DNA of 64,000 bases from Octopus vulgaris (lineage: Eukaryota), in NCBI GenBank assembly GCA_951406725.2, contig OX597823.1, positions 40,982,001-41,046,000 of the forward strand, written 5' to 3'. The notes below the pieces were generated by a model that saw only the letters and a program-made list of their open reading frames with translations, did not search any database and had not been told where the DNA came from. Made by a program: the position numbers and the translations under genes. Each line of letters starts with the position of its first letter. Within the stretch, counting starts at the first letter, position 1. This document shows, piece by piece, positions 28,388-40,337 of this stretch.

Positions 28388-29318
28388 TATATATATATAC
28401 CCCACCTAGTTTATTTTCCTTCGTTAAGTTATTCTTTCCTGAACGTTTGTCCGTTCTAAAATGAAAAAGAAAAAGCGAAAAATAATGTTTAACCATTTTT
28501 TCTTTACCATTGTTCCTCTTCCATTTTCCCATCTTGTATCTCATATTTTCTTACATTATCTTTCCTCTCTTCTTCTACGTTCTTTTCTTTGCTTTGTAGC
28601 TATTTTTCTTTGCTTTCTATCTATATGTATGTATGTATCTATGTATCTTTCTATCTATCTATCTATATTTTTACACACTCTGTATATATCTCTCAATCAC
28701 TTTCAGTCTACCTCACACACACTCTTCTCTCTCTCTTTTGTTACTTTACTGTATATAACATCCGTTTATCAAGTGTTATTTTATGTTTTACTAGTAAAAG
28801 AACTTGAGGAAATAATAGCGGCCAATATACGACGATCGAGCGGTAATTTTGATCGTTGTGAATTAATAACAAACATGGCGGCACATTCTTGTTTCGCTGA
28901 TGGCTGCTTTATTACGTTAGTTTTTTTTTTTTTTCTCGTTTCAACAAACGTTTATGTTGTGCTGTGTAATTATGAAACCTGTTTTTATATACACACAAAT
29001 CGCCAGGACTCTGTATACATATATGCTTATGCGTGTGTGTATGTGTATGTGTATGTGTGCGTGTGTTTATACACATGTAGAAAGAAAAAAAACCAATATT
29101 TTCTATTAATAATCGTCTCCAATATCACTAAATTGAAATATGAGCTGCTGAGGTGCTTATGTTATCTAGCAAAGTAATATATATATATATATATATATAT
29201 GCATGTATGTGCATGTATGTATATGTATTTATGTGTATATATATAATATATATATGTATGTATGTATATATATATATATACATATCATATACACATACAT
29301 ACACACACACACACACAC

Positions 29319-29351
<33 letters not shown>

Positions 29352-31393
29352 TGTATAAAGGATGTCGAATGGGAATAGTAGATAAACGGTACGGGAAAAT
29401 GGAAAAAAAGGGTACAATTTTACGCAGAAAGACGTGATGCGTGAGCATACGTGCTCGTGTATCTTGTATGTGTTTATGTGGTGTGTATGTTTGCATTCCT
29501 GTATGTATGTGATTTGTGAATATCGTAACATGTGCCTTTGTGTGTTAGCAGAAATAAGGACAACGATGGAGATAACCAAAAACGCTGAAAGAAAAGGAAG
29601 ACAGGCAGAAAGCATTTGAGAGAAGGAAGTACCTACGTTTATAAAGATATTACAACACCAAAAATAACGACAGTAATATCATCAATAACAGCAGCGACTA
29701 TAAGAACAGTAAGACTACAACGAAAATCCAATAAAAACAGCATGGACAACAAAACATTAATCTTTCCTACAATAACAATCTTCAATAAGACCAAACAGAA
29801 AGCAACATCATTTAGTAGCAGTAAAAACATTAACAATTGTTGCAACCACGTCGATATTGTTCCATAAAATGTTTAATGTCCGGATTGATATTTATCAGCA
29901 ATACGTTTTAAACGTAAGTTATTCCAGTTCAAATATTGCCAAAGTAAATATCAATGGCGCTGACCATCCCTCGGTGTTGGTTAGGTGATTACAGTATTGT
30001 CGAAGCGGCACTGATTGATTAAACAGTGACTTCCTAACGTTTTAAGTCTCGTGACCTTCGACTACATCAACTCCCCATTAAAGATTCTTACCGTCTTAAT
30101 ATTACCGAAGCTAAAATGGAATCAAATTCAAACGAATGACAAGAACCGCTATTTATTCAATTACAAATGTTTAGTCTAATTAGGTTCAATTAAAACAACT
30201 GTTTAGTTTAATTAGCTTCACGAATCTGGTTTCTTATGAAACCAGATTTTCAATCTCTGAAATTTTTCAAAGTTATTTAGTTACAACAAATTTCTTGTTT
30301 CTTATTGGTTTGTGATTCCGGCTGCACTCATTTTGTTTTCTTGATTACATTTAGAAGTTTTCAGAACATCTTTTGATTTTCCATTTTGAAAACTGTAAAG
30401 GTAGTGCAGCCTCATCCAGACAGGATCGAAGTATGCTTTATGAGGTACCAGTAAATCATGAATACTTAGTCACCAGGTCCTCCCCCGTCGCATTCAGCGG
30501 TCCTCGCTGGACGAAGCAGTGAGGCATTATATATATATATATATAATAGACTCTTTGTATAGTATTCAGTCTTTAGATTAAATAGGAGTCAACGTGATAT
30601 TGCCTTACTTGGTCACTAGACCAGCTAGAAATGCCACAGAAATATTCCTTATATTTTAAGAAAGTAAACAATGCTCAGAGAAGATGGTAAGGGGGCCATA
30701 ACTAATAAGTCAGTTCGAATACTAATCATTGGTGCTTAATAACAACGGCAATATCTTCACAATTTAACGAATTCCTCTCGCATAAGATGATATCTGTGCT
30801 TCACTACTACCTCATTACTCAGAGATAGTGAAAAAATAAATGAAATTGTACGTCATTTATAAGTATGAGAAACAGTACATGAGATTGCCTAAAGTTTTGG
30901 CAGTTATTCTAAATATACGCCAAATCAGAGTCGTACCGTTGAATATTCTAAACAAATATACAATTAACCAGTCTCGCAAAAGACTTAATAGCAAAATCAA
31001 TGTCCTTTGTTTAACATCGTGTCCACTAGACCACTTCACCTCATCATACACAGATACACTAATACAGAGGAATACATGCACATAGACGCATACACACACA
31101 CACAGACACACACACACACTCGCACATATACATACGCATATGAGTGGGAGAGAGTGTGAGGGAGAGAGGGCGTGAGAGAGAGAGTATGTGTGTGAGATAA
31201 AGATAAGGGATGGTGAGAGAAAGAGAGAATGAAAAGAGAAAGTGAAAGTATCATGTTAACTTTTCTTCGTTGCTCTGTGCCCTTGAAAAAAGCGTTAAAG
31301 TCATTCTCCTATAAATCTCACCTATAAATCTTGTATCTATTTCATAAATCAATACATACGTACTTGCACATACACGTGGATGTTTGCGAGAGC

Positions 31394-31461
<68 letters not shown>

Positions 31462-31968
31462 TTATGTATATATATATGTATATATATAACACTTACGCAC
31501 ACATACATACACATTTACATGAATATACACTCAGTGAGAGAAACAGAGAGTTGTGGATGTTCGTGTAATGTGTGTATATTTGCATGAGCGTTAATATCTG
31601 TAAAAATTATCTCTCCATTTGAGTAAGTAACCTGAAGGAAAAATTCGAGAAAAGTTCAAAAAATAATAAAAATAAGATAAACAAAAACTCCTAATAATTC
31701 CTGGGTCAACAACAGTGTATTTCTAATGTTGTGCCGATCACAGGTTCAAGTGAAGCAAATGTTTGTTGGATGTTTTCTAAAGTAGCTTATTAATAGAACT
31801 AACATAAACATTAAGTCGAAAATAGTTTGGTCGATTTAAATGATAAAAAGCACTTCGTTTCGTGTCTGTTTATGGTGTTTTTTGTTGTTGTTGTTGTTGT
31901 TGGATGTGGCTATCGATTTATTTTTTGTTTCTTCAGCAGCAATAATATTTGTGTATATCTATGTGTTT

Positions 31969-32016
<48 letters not shown>

Positions 32017-32030
32017 ATGTATGTGTGTAA

Positions 32031-32077
<47 letters not shown>

Positions 32078-32201
32078 TATATATGAATATATATATGTAT
32101 ATATATATATATATATACTCACATATATGCACACACACATAAAAGTATATATATATATGTGTGTGTGTATGTATGTATATGTACGTATATGTAAATGTAA
32201 G

Positions 32202-32246
<45 letters not shown>

Positions 32247-32870
32247 GTTTATAGGCCTATACATATTTATATATATATATGTATGTTATATAAATATGAA
32301 TGTCAGAGAGGGTGTAATGAATGTGTATGTGTGCATGGGAGGGGAATAATGAGAGAAGATTTTCCTGGATGTACGCGTAGATATGAGCACAGCTTGTATT
32401 CACGATATAAATAAAACTACTTAAAAAAAAAGAACTGCAATCTCTGTATCTGGATATATAGATAACACACACGTGTGCGTGTGGTAATGAGTTGGCGTGT
32501 AGAGAATGGAAACAGATAATTGTTGAGTCCGAGTTCAATCCCTCTCCATGCTGATGTCTGTTACTATAGCTTCGGAGCATTGTGATTAAGATTATTTTGA
32601 CGGAAACTGTCAGGAAGACAGGAGATCAATTGTAACGGTAATAGAGAGAATCAGCGGGGCAATTAGCTGTGTGATTCTGATAGTTCTTGAAGGTAAACTA
32701 AAAAAAAAAACTGTATTTGGTAAATAGTCAGCCACTTTGACATTGATACACTCTCTAAGTAGGTAGAGTCATTAATTGAACAAATGCAATAACCATAGTT
32801 GAAACCGATGCTAAATTCATTTCTTTTTATTTACGTCTTTACATGTATGTCATTATTTACTTTCATTTAA

Positions 32871-33270
32871 GGCGGCGAGCTGGCAGAATCGTTAGCACGC
32901 CGGGTGAAATGCGTAGCCGTATTTCGTCTGCCGTTACGTTCTGAGTTCAAATTCTGCCGTGGTCGACTTTGCCGTTCATCCTTTCGGGGTCGATAAATTA
33001 AGTACCAGTTACGCACTTGGGTCGATGTAATCGACTTAATCCGTTTGTCTGTCCTTGTTTGTCCCCTCTGTGTTTAGCTCCTTGTGGGTAGTAAAGAAAT
33101 AGGTATTTCGCCTGTCGCTACCTTCCGAGTTCAAATTACGCCGCGGTCGACTTTGCCTTTCATCCTTTGGGTGTCGATAAATTTAGTACGAGTGAAATTC
33201 TGGGGTCGATGTGATCGACTAGTCCCCTCCCTCCAAAACTTCAGCACTTGTATCTATAATAAAAAGGATT
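32871..33270 (+). mobile_element. SINE (family C) with a partial tandem second unit
   Basis: GGCGGCGAGCTGGCAGAATCGTTAG...GAGTTCAAATTC (A/B-box-like)...GTCGACTTTGCC..TCATCCTTTCGGGGTCGATAAA. The core repeats at 33125-33220. Inverted copies lie at 50911-51140, 58970-59170 and about 15650-15810. Confidence 0.8.
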
Positions 33271-33914
33271 ATTCTGTTTCATTTTCAAGATTCTTGCCAA
33301 GAGGAAAAGGGCCGGTTTCTAACCTAGATTCAAGACTCCTTCATAGGAATTTCAGCAATATTAACAGGGTATTTTTGTTTTTATGTATGAATATCTATCT
33401 AATGTTTCACGTACACGTTATATATCAATTATGTATGTATATATATTCATCATCACAATATCATCGTCATCATATTCCTCTTCATTATTGGGTTGCGCCT
33501 CTTCGGTATTTACTATATCCTAAACCGGGTATAACAATTGATAGTTTCTCCTAGTTACATCAGTTTACTAGTCATTATATGCTTTCCTTCGGGTGGTGGA
33601 ATTATGTTCATCCTATATACTCTAGGTTTGTTGTTCAACTCCCATTGGTGCTTCTTGTTTTCTTTAAAAAAATTATCACATACAATTTGAAAGATGCCAT
33701 GATCTCATAGTCTGATAGTTCGTTAAAAGCCATTATATTCCTTCACCTATCACGGCTCCAAAATATATATCTACAATTACAAGTGTTTAACTTCGTTAAC
33801 AGCAAAACGTAAGTTGCATATGAACGTTGCCACATATATCGAAATCTCAGCACTGAGCAAATGTTAATAATGAAATTCTTCATTGCAGTGGTTGTATTTG
33901 TGAAACTTTTGAGT

Positions 33915-33949
33915 GAATTTGGTTGATGGAAACTAAAAGAAGCCCGTCG

Positions 33950-33984
<35 letters not shown>

Positions 33985-34260
33985 TTGCTATTATTCTAAA
34001 TTGTCGTATGTCCAAATGTGGTCTAATGCGGTTTTTTTTTTCAATATTTATTTTTGCTTGCAATAGCAGGTTCTTTTGGTCAAACTATGGTGTTGGTGTA
34101 TTTACGTCCCCGTAACCTGGCACTACAACAAAAGGGGCCAGATAGAATAAGTAACAGGCTTTACAAATAAATAAGTACAAGGGTCAATTCATTCGACAAA
34201 AATTCCTTAAAGTTTGTGCCCTAGCATGGCCGCAGTTTCATGACTGAAACAAGTAAAAGG
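33915..34260 (+). mobile_element. Degenerate bipartite SINE (same family as 818-2345)
   Basis: Shares both the head end and the tail motifs of that family. Confidence 0.65.
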
Positions 34261-34279
34261 CAACAGATATGTGTATATA

Positions 34280-34349
<70 letters not shown>

Positions 34350-34360
34350 TAGATAGATAG

Positions 34361-34391
<31 letters not shown>

Positions 34392-34449
34392 CGTACATGA
34401 TGATTGCCACTTCTTAACAGAAGAAGGCCATCTCTTCAATTAAAAAATA

Positions 34450-34730
34450 CTGTCATGAGATCTTATATGACTAGCAAGTCCTACTCCTGACAAACAAACT
34501 CCCCCAAAATCTGATATCCAGTGACAAACCAAGGAAAGATGACTGGGTGATTATGGAGCTCGCATGTTTTATTATCCCGGAGTTTAACTTCTCCAGTGGT
34601 TTTATACCTGAATGTCCTTCTCCCAGTTTTGACCAGCCAAATGCTAACTGCAAGACAGCATTGAAGGATTTGAATTCGGGGTTACCTTCTCCTAGACAAA
34701 TTGTCTTCCCCGTGGCTTTCTTAAACCTAG
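34450..34730 (-). mobile_element. Possible RTE-type LINE 5' UTR fragment
   Basis: Minus strand GTCTAGGAGAAGGTAACCCCGAATTCAAA resembles a motif I recall from RTE-clade 5' UTRs. There is no coding support. Confidence 0.35.
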
Positions 34731-34820
34731 AAGTTCCAGCAATCCCTTTAACTACATCCACAAATACACACAAATCAAATAAAATAAAAAGTAAAAATAC
34801 AAATATATATATATAAATAA

Positions 34821-34859
<39 letters not shown>

Positions 34860-35321
34860 TTCTCCTTCTCCTCCTTCTTCTTCTTCTTCTTCTTCTTCTT
34901 CTTCATCATCATCGTTATCATCATCACCACCATCACCATCATCTTCTCCTTCTCCTTCTCCTTCTTCTTCTTCTTCTTCTTCTTCTCCACCCCCTACCCC
35001 TTAAGTTTGTCACTAATGTTTTTTAGTATAACACCTACGCTAATTCTATAAACAAGCCTGTCAATATAAATATTCTCCTGAATTGAACTGAGACTGCCAG
35101 CCGCCACTGACCATTCAAAATACGACCATCAGGGCACTCCCAGATTCTCCCACCCCCTTTCCTCACCAGCCTTCCCTCTACTACCCTACCAAGAACTCAC
35201 AACTACCTCGAACAAGGGAGTCAGAGAAAGGCAGAATGCCACTTAAATCTGAACACTACTATAGAAATATTCTTTTAAAAAAACTTTTCTTCTAATTTTT
35301 CTAAATTTAATTATTTAATCG

Positions 35322-35365
35322 TTACAGTTGAAAAGGTCTCAAAATGACCGAAACCGGTACTGAAA
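35322..35365 (+). ncRNA. Minimal hammerhead ribozyme motif, U3:A8 core variant
   Basis: CAG-TTGAAAA-GGTC(TCAAAAT)GACC-GAA-ACCGGT-A-CTG, with a palindromic stem III and a GUA triplet. It lies about 55 nt before (TA)n, as expected for a PLE end. Confidence 0.7.
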
Positions 35366-35411
35366 TGTTCACTATAAAATTATTTTAGCATTTTCTATTT
35401 TTTACTTGTTT

Positions 35412-35446
<35 letters not shown>

Positions 35447-35449
<3 letters not shown>

Positions 35450-35712
35450 TAAGTAATTAAGGTTTTAGCAACGATTTGCCTCACCACACACCGAATTTAG
35501 AAATAGCAGTCAAAAGAGTTTTGGCTATTCTTTTCTACTTAAAAGGGAGATCCCAGTAAAACCAAGCACTTAACGCGTTGTTTGCCTTTTAAGTGCTATG
35601 GTTTTACTGGGATCTCCCTTTTAAGTAGAAAGAATAGCCAAAACTCTTTTGACTGCTATTTCTAAATTCGGTGTGTGGTGAGGCAAATCGTTGCTAAACC
35701 CTTAATTACTTA

Positions 35713-35715
<3 letters not shown>
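35447..35715. repeat. Near-perfect fold-back hairpin (arms about 125 bp) flanked by (TA)n on both sides
   Basis: 35447-35573 is the reverse complement of 35589-35715. It shares ACCACACACCGAA..AGAAATAGCAG.CAAAA..TTGGCTATT with the hairpin at 26770. Confidence 0.92.
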
Positions 35716-35764
<49 letters not shown>

Positions 35765-36333
35765 TTATTTATATATATATATATATTTGTATTTTTACTT
35801 TTTATTTTATTTGATTTGTGTGTATTTGTGGATGTAGTTAAAGGGATTGCTGGAACTTCTACAATACAATACAATACAATACAATACAATACAATACAAC
35901 ATATATATATATAAAACATCAGTTCCCTGAAAGATGAAGGAAAAAACGTACACGCAATATACATACGTATAATCAAGAATTAAAAATGTAAATAATATAT
36001 ATAAATACACACACACATACACACGCCCAACCACAGTTCACCACACCAAACATGTAACTGGCACTCACATCCACAACTAGATGGCTGTAGACTCTTAAGA
36101 GTTCTTTCGCCCTCTTTCAAGTCTTGCTGTTAGTCCTGCAGGGTGTCCGATACGCACACTCCTCACCAAGTGGAATTGGTGGGAGAGCCGTCTTAGTTGC
36201 CGACGACCCGACCATGCGACAGGTAGTACTGGGTTACGTGGTACTAGTAGTGTAAACGATCCGACATACATACATACATATGTATATACATATTCATATT
36301 TATATTTATATATCTACACGCTTATACACACAC

Positions 36334-36364
<31 letters not shown>

Positions 36365-36371
<7 letters not shown>

Positions 36372-36708
36372 ATATTTCGGAATGGTCATATTGCCAGTTT
36401 AGCCAATAAAAACACACGCACTATATATTTGGTGTTATTTTGCTTCAGTGATATTTATTTTTTACATTAATCTTAATCTTATTTCGGCCAAAGTTCTTTC
36501 GTCACACTCCTGTGACCGCATCAGTGGTCCTTTGTTTTCTTCTCACTTACTTGTGTCTCTCCTTACTAACCGTCAGCCATTTTGTATTTCTATTGTATGT
36601 CTTCATTTGCGCATGCTTATATCTCTATGTGCGTCTATGTTTATTTAGTGTGTGTGGGGGGGATGCCTGTAATATTTGTATCTTCTGGTTATATACATTC
36701 TTGTAATT
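36365..36708 (-). repeat. 3' pseudo-LTR of the full-length copy
   Basis: Direct repeat of 40923-41268 that runs into the first codons of the ORF (ATGACCATTCCGAAATATAACAATAT). Confidence 0.92.
36486..36530 (-). ncRNA. pLTR hammerhead-like motif (A9C variant)
   Basis: GGACCA-CTGATGC-G-GTCACA(GGAG)TGTGAC-GAA-AG(AA)CT-T-TGGCC. Confidence 0.6.
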
Positions 36709-37023
36709 TGTATTTTGTTTTTGTTGTTGTTGCTTTTGTTCTAATTTTGTTCATGTGTTTACATCCACCCATTATTATCATTACATATGCTTGTATGTAT
36801 GTATAACAACAATATTAGTAATAATAATAATAAATCTAATCTAAAAAAAAAAAAAAAAAAAAAAAAGAATATACATATACATATATATACATACACATAC
36901 ATATATACACACATATATACACATATACATATACATATATATACACATACACATATATATAGATATTCATTTCTATTTCTTTAATTACCTGTGTATTTAT
37001 TATGTTTGCAGGATCCACTATTA

Positions 37024-40000
37024 TCATATGTTGTGGTGTGCGCTATTGCTCCATTCTAGTTTTCTATTCAGGCTAGGTTTATTTTCTATTATATGTGTAG
37101 CTTCTGTAATTTGTCTAATTGTTGCATCTGTTCTATGTGTGGACAATATCTTAATCTCTATGTTATTGGTTGATCCCCCGTGTTCTTGTTCGGCGTGTTG
37201 GTACAGAATCGATGAGCTTTTACCTTCCTTGAGTTGTCTCCAATGTTCATTCACCCGCTCACCAATGCTTCTTGCAGTTTCCCCTACGTATGTTACTGTC
37301 TTGTTACTGCATCGTCCCTCTATGCATCTTATACTATAGACCACATTTCTGGCTTTACAGTTCGTTTGTGGGCTAAATCTACATACAGTGCAATAGTTAT
37401 CCGTACAGAGAGTTCTACTAAAAGGATAGCTTCTACCAATTATAGATCTGATAGGGTTGCCTGGCTTTTCAACAACCTTAATTCTTAGTTTAAGTTTATC
37501 TAGGGTCCTTCTAAAGCGGTACGCTAGTTCACCTCCAGGGGTGGTGTCAACGAACATGACACTCTGGTATTTATGGCTATCATACCAAGAGTTGGCCTTC
37601 CCTATTTTCTTTTTTGTCCTTTCTATAGTGTTCCATGACTTGTTCCTATAGAGTGGGCAAATCCCATTCCTATCATTACATAATATATTATCAAATTTCT
37701 TCATAGCTCCTTTGTATACTCTGATCCTTTCTTTATGGCTGTAACCTGAGAACTGCATGCGGTGAATGAAATACTGTATGTGTCTCTTTAATTCTGTAGG
37801 CTCGCACATGCGTGACACATTTCTCATTATTCTGATGAGGTCTGCCATCAAAATATTGAATTTGGCATTGCCCGCAATGGCTGAGTTCCAGTGGATCAGG
37901 TATTTTGAGGCCATAGGTTTTGCATAGTATGAATGAAGGATTTGGGTTTTATTTTTCACAATTTCTAGCCAGAGTTCAGTGTCTAGTACTGGTAGTCTAT
38001 GGTTGGGGTGTTTAGTGGGGTAGTCTATTGTGACCTTAATACTCTGGTGGATGGAGTTAGCTATTTGCTGGATGCTCTCCATAGTATTAGTTTCTATTAC
38101 TATATCAACAGTACTCTCTTGTGGGGGTGCCTTTACTACTATATTGATATCATCAACATAGCGAGAGTACATGTTTACGAGTATGGATTTCTGCAGTAGG
38201 CATTCTTTAAGCCTTCTGTCCCACCATACCATGAAGAGGTTGGCCACATCACCAGCGATACTAATACCGATGGCTGCCCCCTCGTCCTGGGCATATATTT
38301 TATTATTAAATTTAAATGTGTGGCCTTTTAGGGTAACTCTTATACTAGCTCCTAGTGCATGTGCGATCATTTTCTTTACCTGATGGACATTTGCGGGGCT
38401 CCGTATGGCTCTGGTCCATCCGCGCCATCTTTCTATATGTGTCTTCCTAGCCATAGAAGTAATTGTAGGCGGTCTACCTCTTAAACATCTACTGGGGCAG
38501 AAACTACTAAGATTATGTTTATCTAAGTATTCACTATTATATGTCAGTCTAAGTAGGAGGCCCAGTTCTTCTGTGTCGACATTACAGAACTCCACCTGGC
38601 TCTCGTTGATCATCTCCACGCACTTCTCCACTGCAAAATCTACGTCAATCGATGGGTATAGGGATACCACATCCATGCTACCTACTATACATCCTGTCAA
38701 GTCACAAGTTTTGTTACAGTCACTGATCCTGCTTAGGAGATCTTCTGTGCTGTCACACACATCAGGTGACATCCTGATTATAGGGTGTATGATCATTGAG
38801 AGGAAGTAGGAGATTCTGTAATTGCTAGCGATATTCGCTCCACAGACTGGTCTTGTTGGTGGTCCTGCTATAGGGTCAGTAAAACCTTTATGGTCCTTGC
38901 GAAGTTCATACAGTGCCGGGATATCATTGTTCCAGGCTTGGAAATTCTTTGCAGTACGTTTCTGAAGTCCCAGAACAATTGTCCACATCATCATGTGGGC
39001 ATTGAGGACCTTTTCTCTCTCCTCATGTGCCTGTACAGTTGTTACTTTTGTATTGGCGATATGAGGTTGCATTGCCTGGATGTAGTTCGGTAAGCTGTCT
39101 ATTGACATCCTGCCGGACTTATCCGTGGGAAGGTATATCACCTCTCCGTTCTTCGTGCGCTGAATGAGCTTCTGTAGGCCACATGCAGGTTTAATCCCTA
39201 GTTGTTGGGCATCTGTCTTATTCTGTCTCTGTCTCTTAATGTATAATCCTAAAATCTGTCTAAGTTTGGTCCTAGCTATAGTGAACTGTGCTTCCATGTG
39301 GTCATTAGTACGTCTTGGGATGTATACTCTTTTGTTGAAGGGTAATGTTGTTGGATAAATTCGGTTCATGCAGTAAGTTTTGTCGCATACGTTGAAGAAT
39401 TGAGTGTCAAAGGGATGGGTATACATGTCAATGGTCTCTCTAGGGTTATCTTCATTATCGTTACTGTTTCCAACATCAGCCTTCCTATTATTATTATCAC
39501 CATTACCACTACTACTACTACTAGTATTCCTATTACCACCACAACTATCACTACTATCCTCATTACTACTTCTACTGTTACCATCACCACTACTACTACC
39601 ACTATTATTGTTATTACCTTTATTCCTACCATTGCCATTATTACTATCATCGCTAGTGATATATTCATTGTTCCTGTTTCTGGTATATGTGTTGTTTATA
39701 TTAGTGTTGGGTTTTATGTCTGTCTGTTGGTCCCTGTCAATCCCCCTGTTGCGGTCGTTATTTTTGTTCCTATGAGTATTGTTATCTGTTTCAAGTCCGC
39801 TGACTCCCTGTCCAAGGATCCTGTTGCATTCAACTTTATTCTCCATCGTGACCCCTATGACACAACTTTTATTCGTGTCTTTGTGACTATGGCTATCTGT
39901 GTGTGTGTTTGTGTGTCGGTTCTCCCTATAATTGTTGTTGTTGTTGCTGTTGTATTCGATTTTTCTCTCTCTGTTTGTGTTTTTGTTTTTGTATCTATTG

Positions 40001-40287
40001 TTTGTGTCTATGCATACATTTTTTCTATTGTTATTGTTGTTGTCGCTGTTAGGGTTCGTGTTGTTGTTATTGTTGCCGCTGTTAGGGTTCGTGTTGCTTT
40101 TGTTGCTATGGTTGTTATTGTTGCGGTCATTATTGTTTGTGTTGTTGTTGCTGCGGTTAGTGTTTTTCGCGTTGTTGTTGTTGTCGCAAGTGTTGTTGTC
40201 ATAGTATCTATTTAAATTCCAACGTATTTTTGTGAATGACTTTTCAATCTCGGACAGGCATTTGATGGTATTCACTTTACTATACAC
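37024..40287 (-). CDS. PLE reverse transcriptase plus C-terminal GIY-YIG endonuclease (main part of a frameshifted ORF of about 1307 aa)
   Basis: RT motifs: PTDKSG, LRKDHK..RPVC, GSMDVVSLYPSI, EGAAIGISIAGDVANLFMVWWD, YSRYVDDI, LPVLD and YYAKPMAS. Cys-rich linker CTDNYCTVC..C. Endonuclease motifs: NVVYSIRC..C..YVGETARSIGERVNEH..HAEQEH..RQITEA..LN. Confidence 0.95.
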   Translation of the reverse strand: MYSKVNTIKCLSEIEKSFTKIRWNLNRYYDNNTCDNNNNAKNTNRSNNNTNNNDRNNNNHSNKSNTNPNSGNNNNNTNPNSDNNNNNRKNVCIDTNNRYKNKNTNRERKIEYNSNNNNNYRENRHTNTHTDSHSHKDTNKSCVIGVTMENKVECNRILGQGVSGLETDNNTHRNKNNDRNRGIDRDQQTDIKPNTNINNTYTRNRNNEYITSDDSNNGNGRNKGNNNNSGSSSGDGNSRSSNEDSSDSCGGNRNTSSSSSGNGDNNNRKADVGNSNDNEDNPRETIDMYTHPFDTQFFNVCDKTYCMNRIYPTTLPFNKRVYIPRRTNDHMEAQFTIARTKLRQILGLYIKRQRQNKTDAQQLGIKPACGLQKLIQRTKNGEVIYLPTDKSGRMSIDSLPNYIQAMQPHIANTKVTTVQAHEEREKVLNAHMMMWTIVLGLQKRTAKNFQAWNNDIPALYELRKDHKGFTDPIAGPPTRPVCGANIASNYRISYFLSMIIHPIIRMSPDVCDSTEDLLSRISDCNKTCDLTGCIVGSMDVVSLYPSIDVDFAVEKCVEMINESQVEFCNVDTEELGLLLRLTYNSEYLDKHNLSSFCPSRCLRGRPPTITSMARKTHIERWRGWTRAIRSPANVHQVKKMIAHALGASIRVTLKGHTFKFNNKIYAQDEGAAIGISIAGDVANLFMVWWDRRLKECLLQKSILVNMYSRYVDDINIVVKAPPQESTVDIVIETNTMESIQQIANSIHQSIKVTIDYPTKHPNHRLPVLDTELWLEIVKNKTQILHSYYAKPMASKYLIHWNSAIAGNAKFNILMADLIRIMRNVSRMCEPTELKRHIQYFIHRMQFSGYSHKERIRVYKGAMKKFDNILCNDRNGICPLYRNKSWNTIERTKKKIGKANSWYDSHKYQSVMFVDTTPGGELAYRFRRTLDKLKLRIKVVEKPGNPIRSIIGRSYPFSRTLCTDNYCTVCRFSPQTNCKARNVVYSIRCIEGRCSNKTVTYVGETARSIGERVNEHWRQLKEGKSSSILYQHAEQEHGGSTNNIEIKILSTHRTDATIRQITEATHIIENKPSLNRKLEWSNSAHHNI

Positions 40288-40337
40288 TGCATACTTTGGT
40301 GGTAGTTGAAGTATCGATGTTTCATCTGGGTCCGTTG

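Larger units (their letters stand above)
34728..35861. repeat. Inverted duplication of about 130 bp (34728-34860 and about 35725-35861)
   Basis: TAGAAGTTCCAGCAATCCCTTTAACTACATCCACAAATACAC... recurs as an exact reverse complement, including microsatellite interruptions. Confidence 0.9.

Noticed and set aside
28461-29177. 238-aa ORF
   Set aside because: Low-complexity, T-rich and microsatellite-derived composition with no recognisable domain.
30470-30530. HDV-like ribozyme suggested by TCCTCGC
   Set aside because: The P1, P2 and P3 pairings could not be built.
37018-37030. Possible selenocysteine (UGA) read-through, as reported for some Naiad elements
   Set aside because: The ORF has no internal in-frame TGA. 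The terminal TGA is followed immediately by TAA TAG (minus copy) or CAA TAG (plus copy), and I recognised no SECIS.
39400-40215. 271-aa hydrophobic ORF on the plus strand
   Set aside because: It is the antisense shadow of the Asn/Ser-rich low-complexity part of the PLE ORF.
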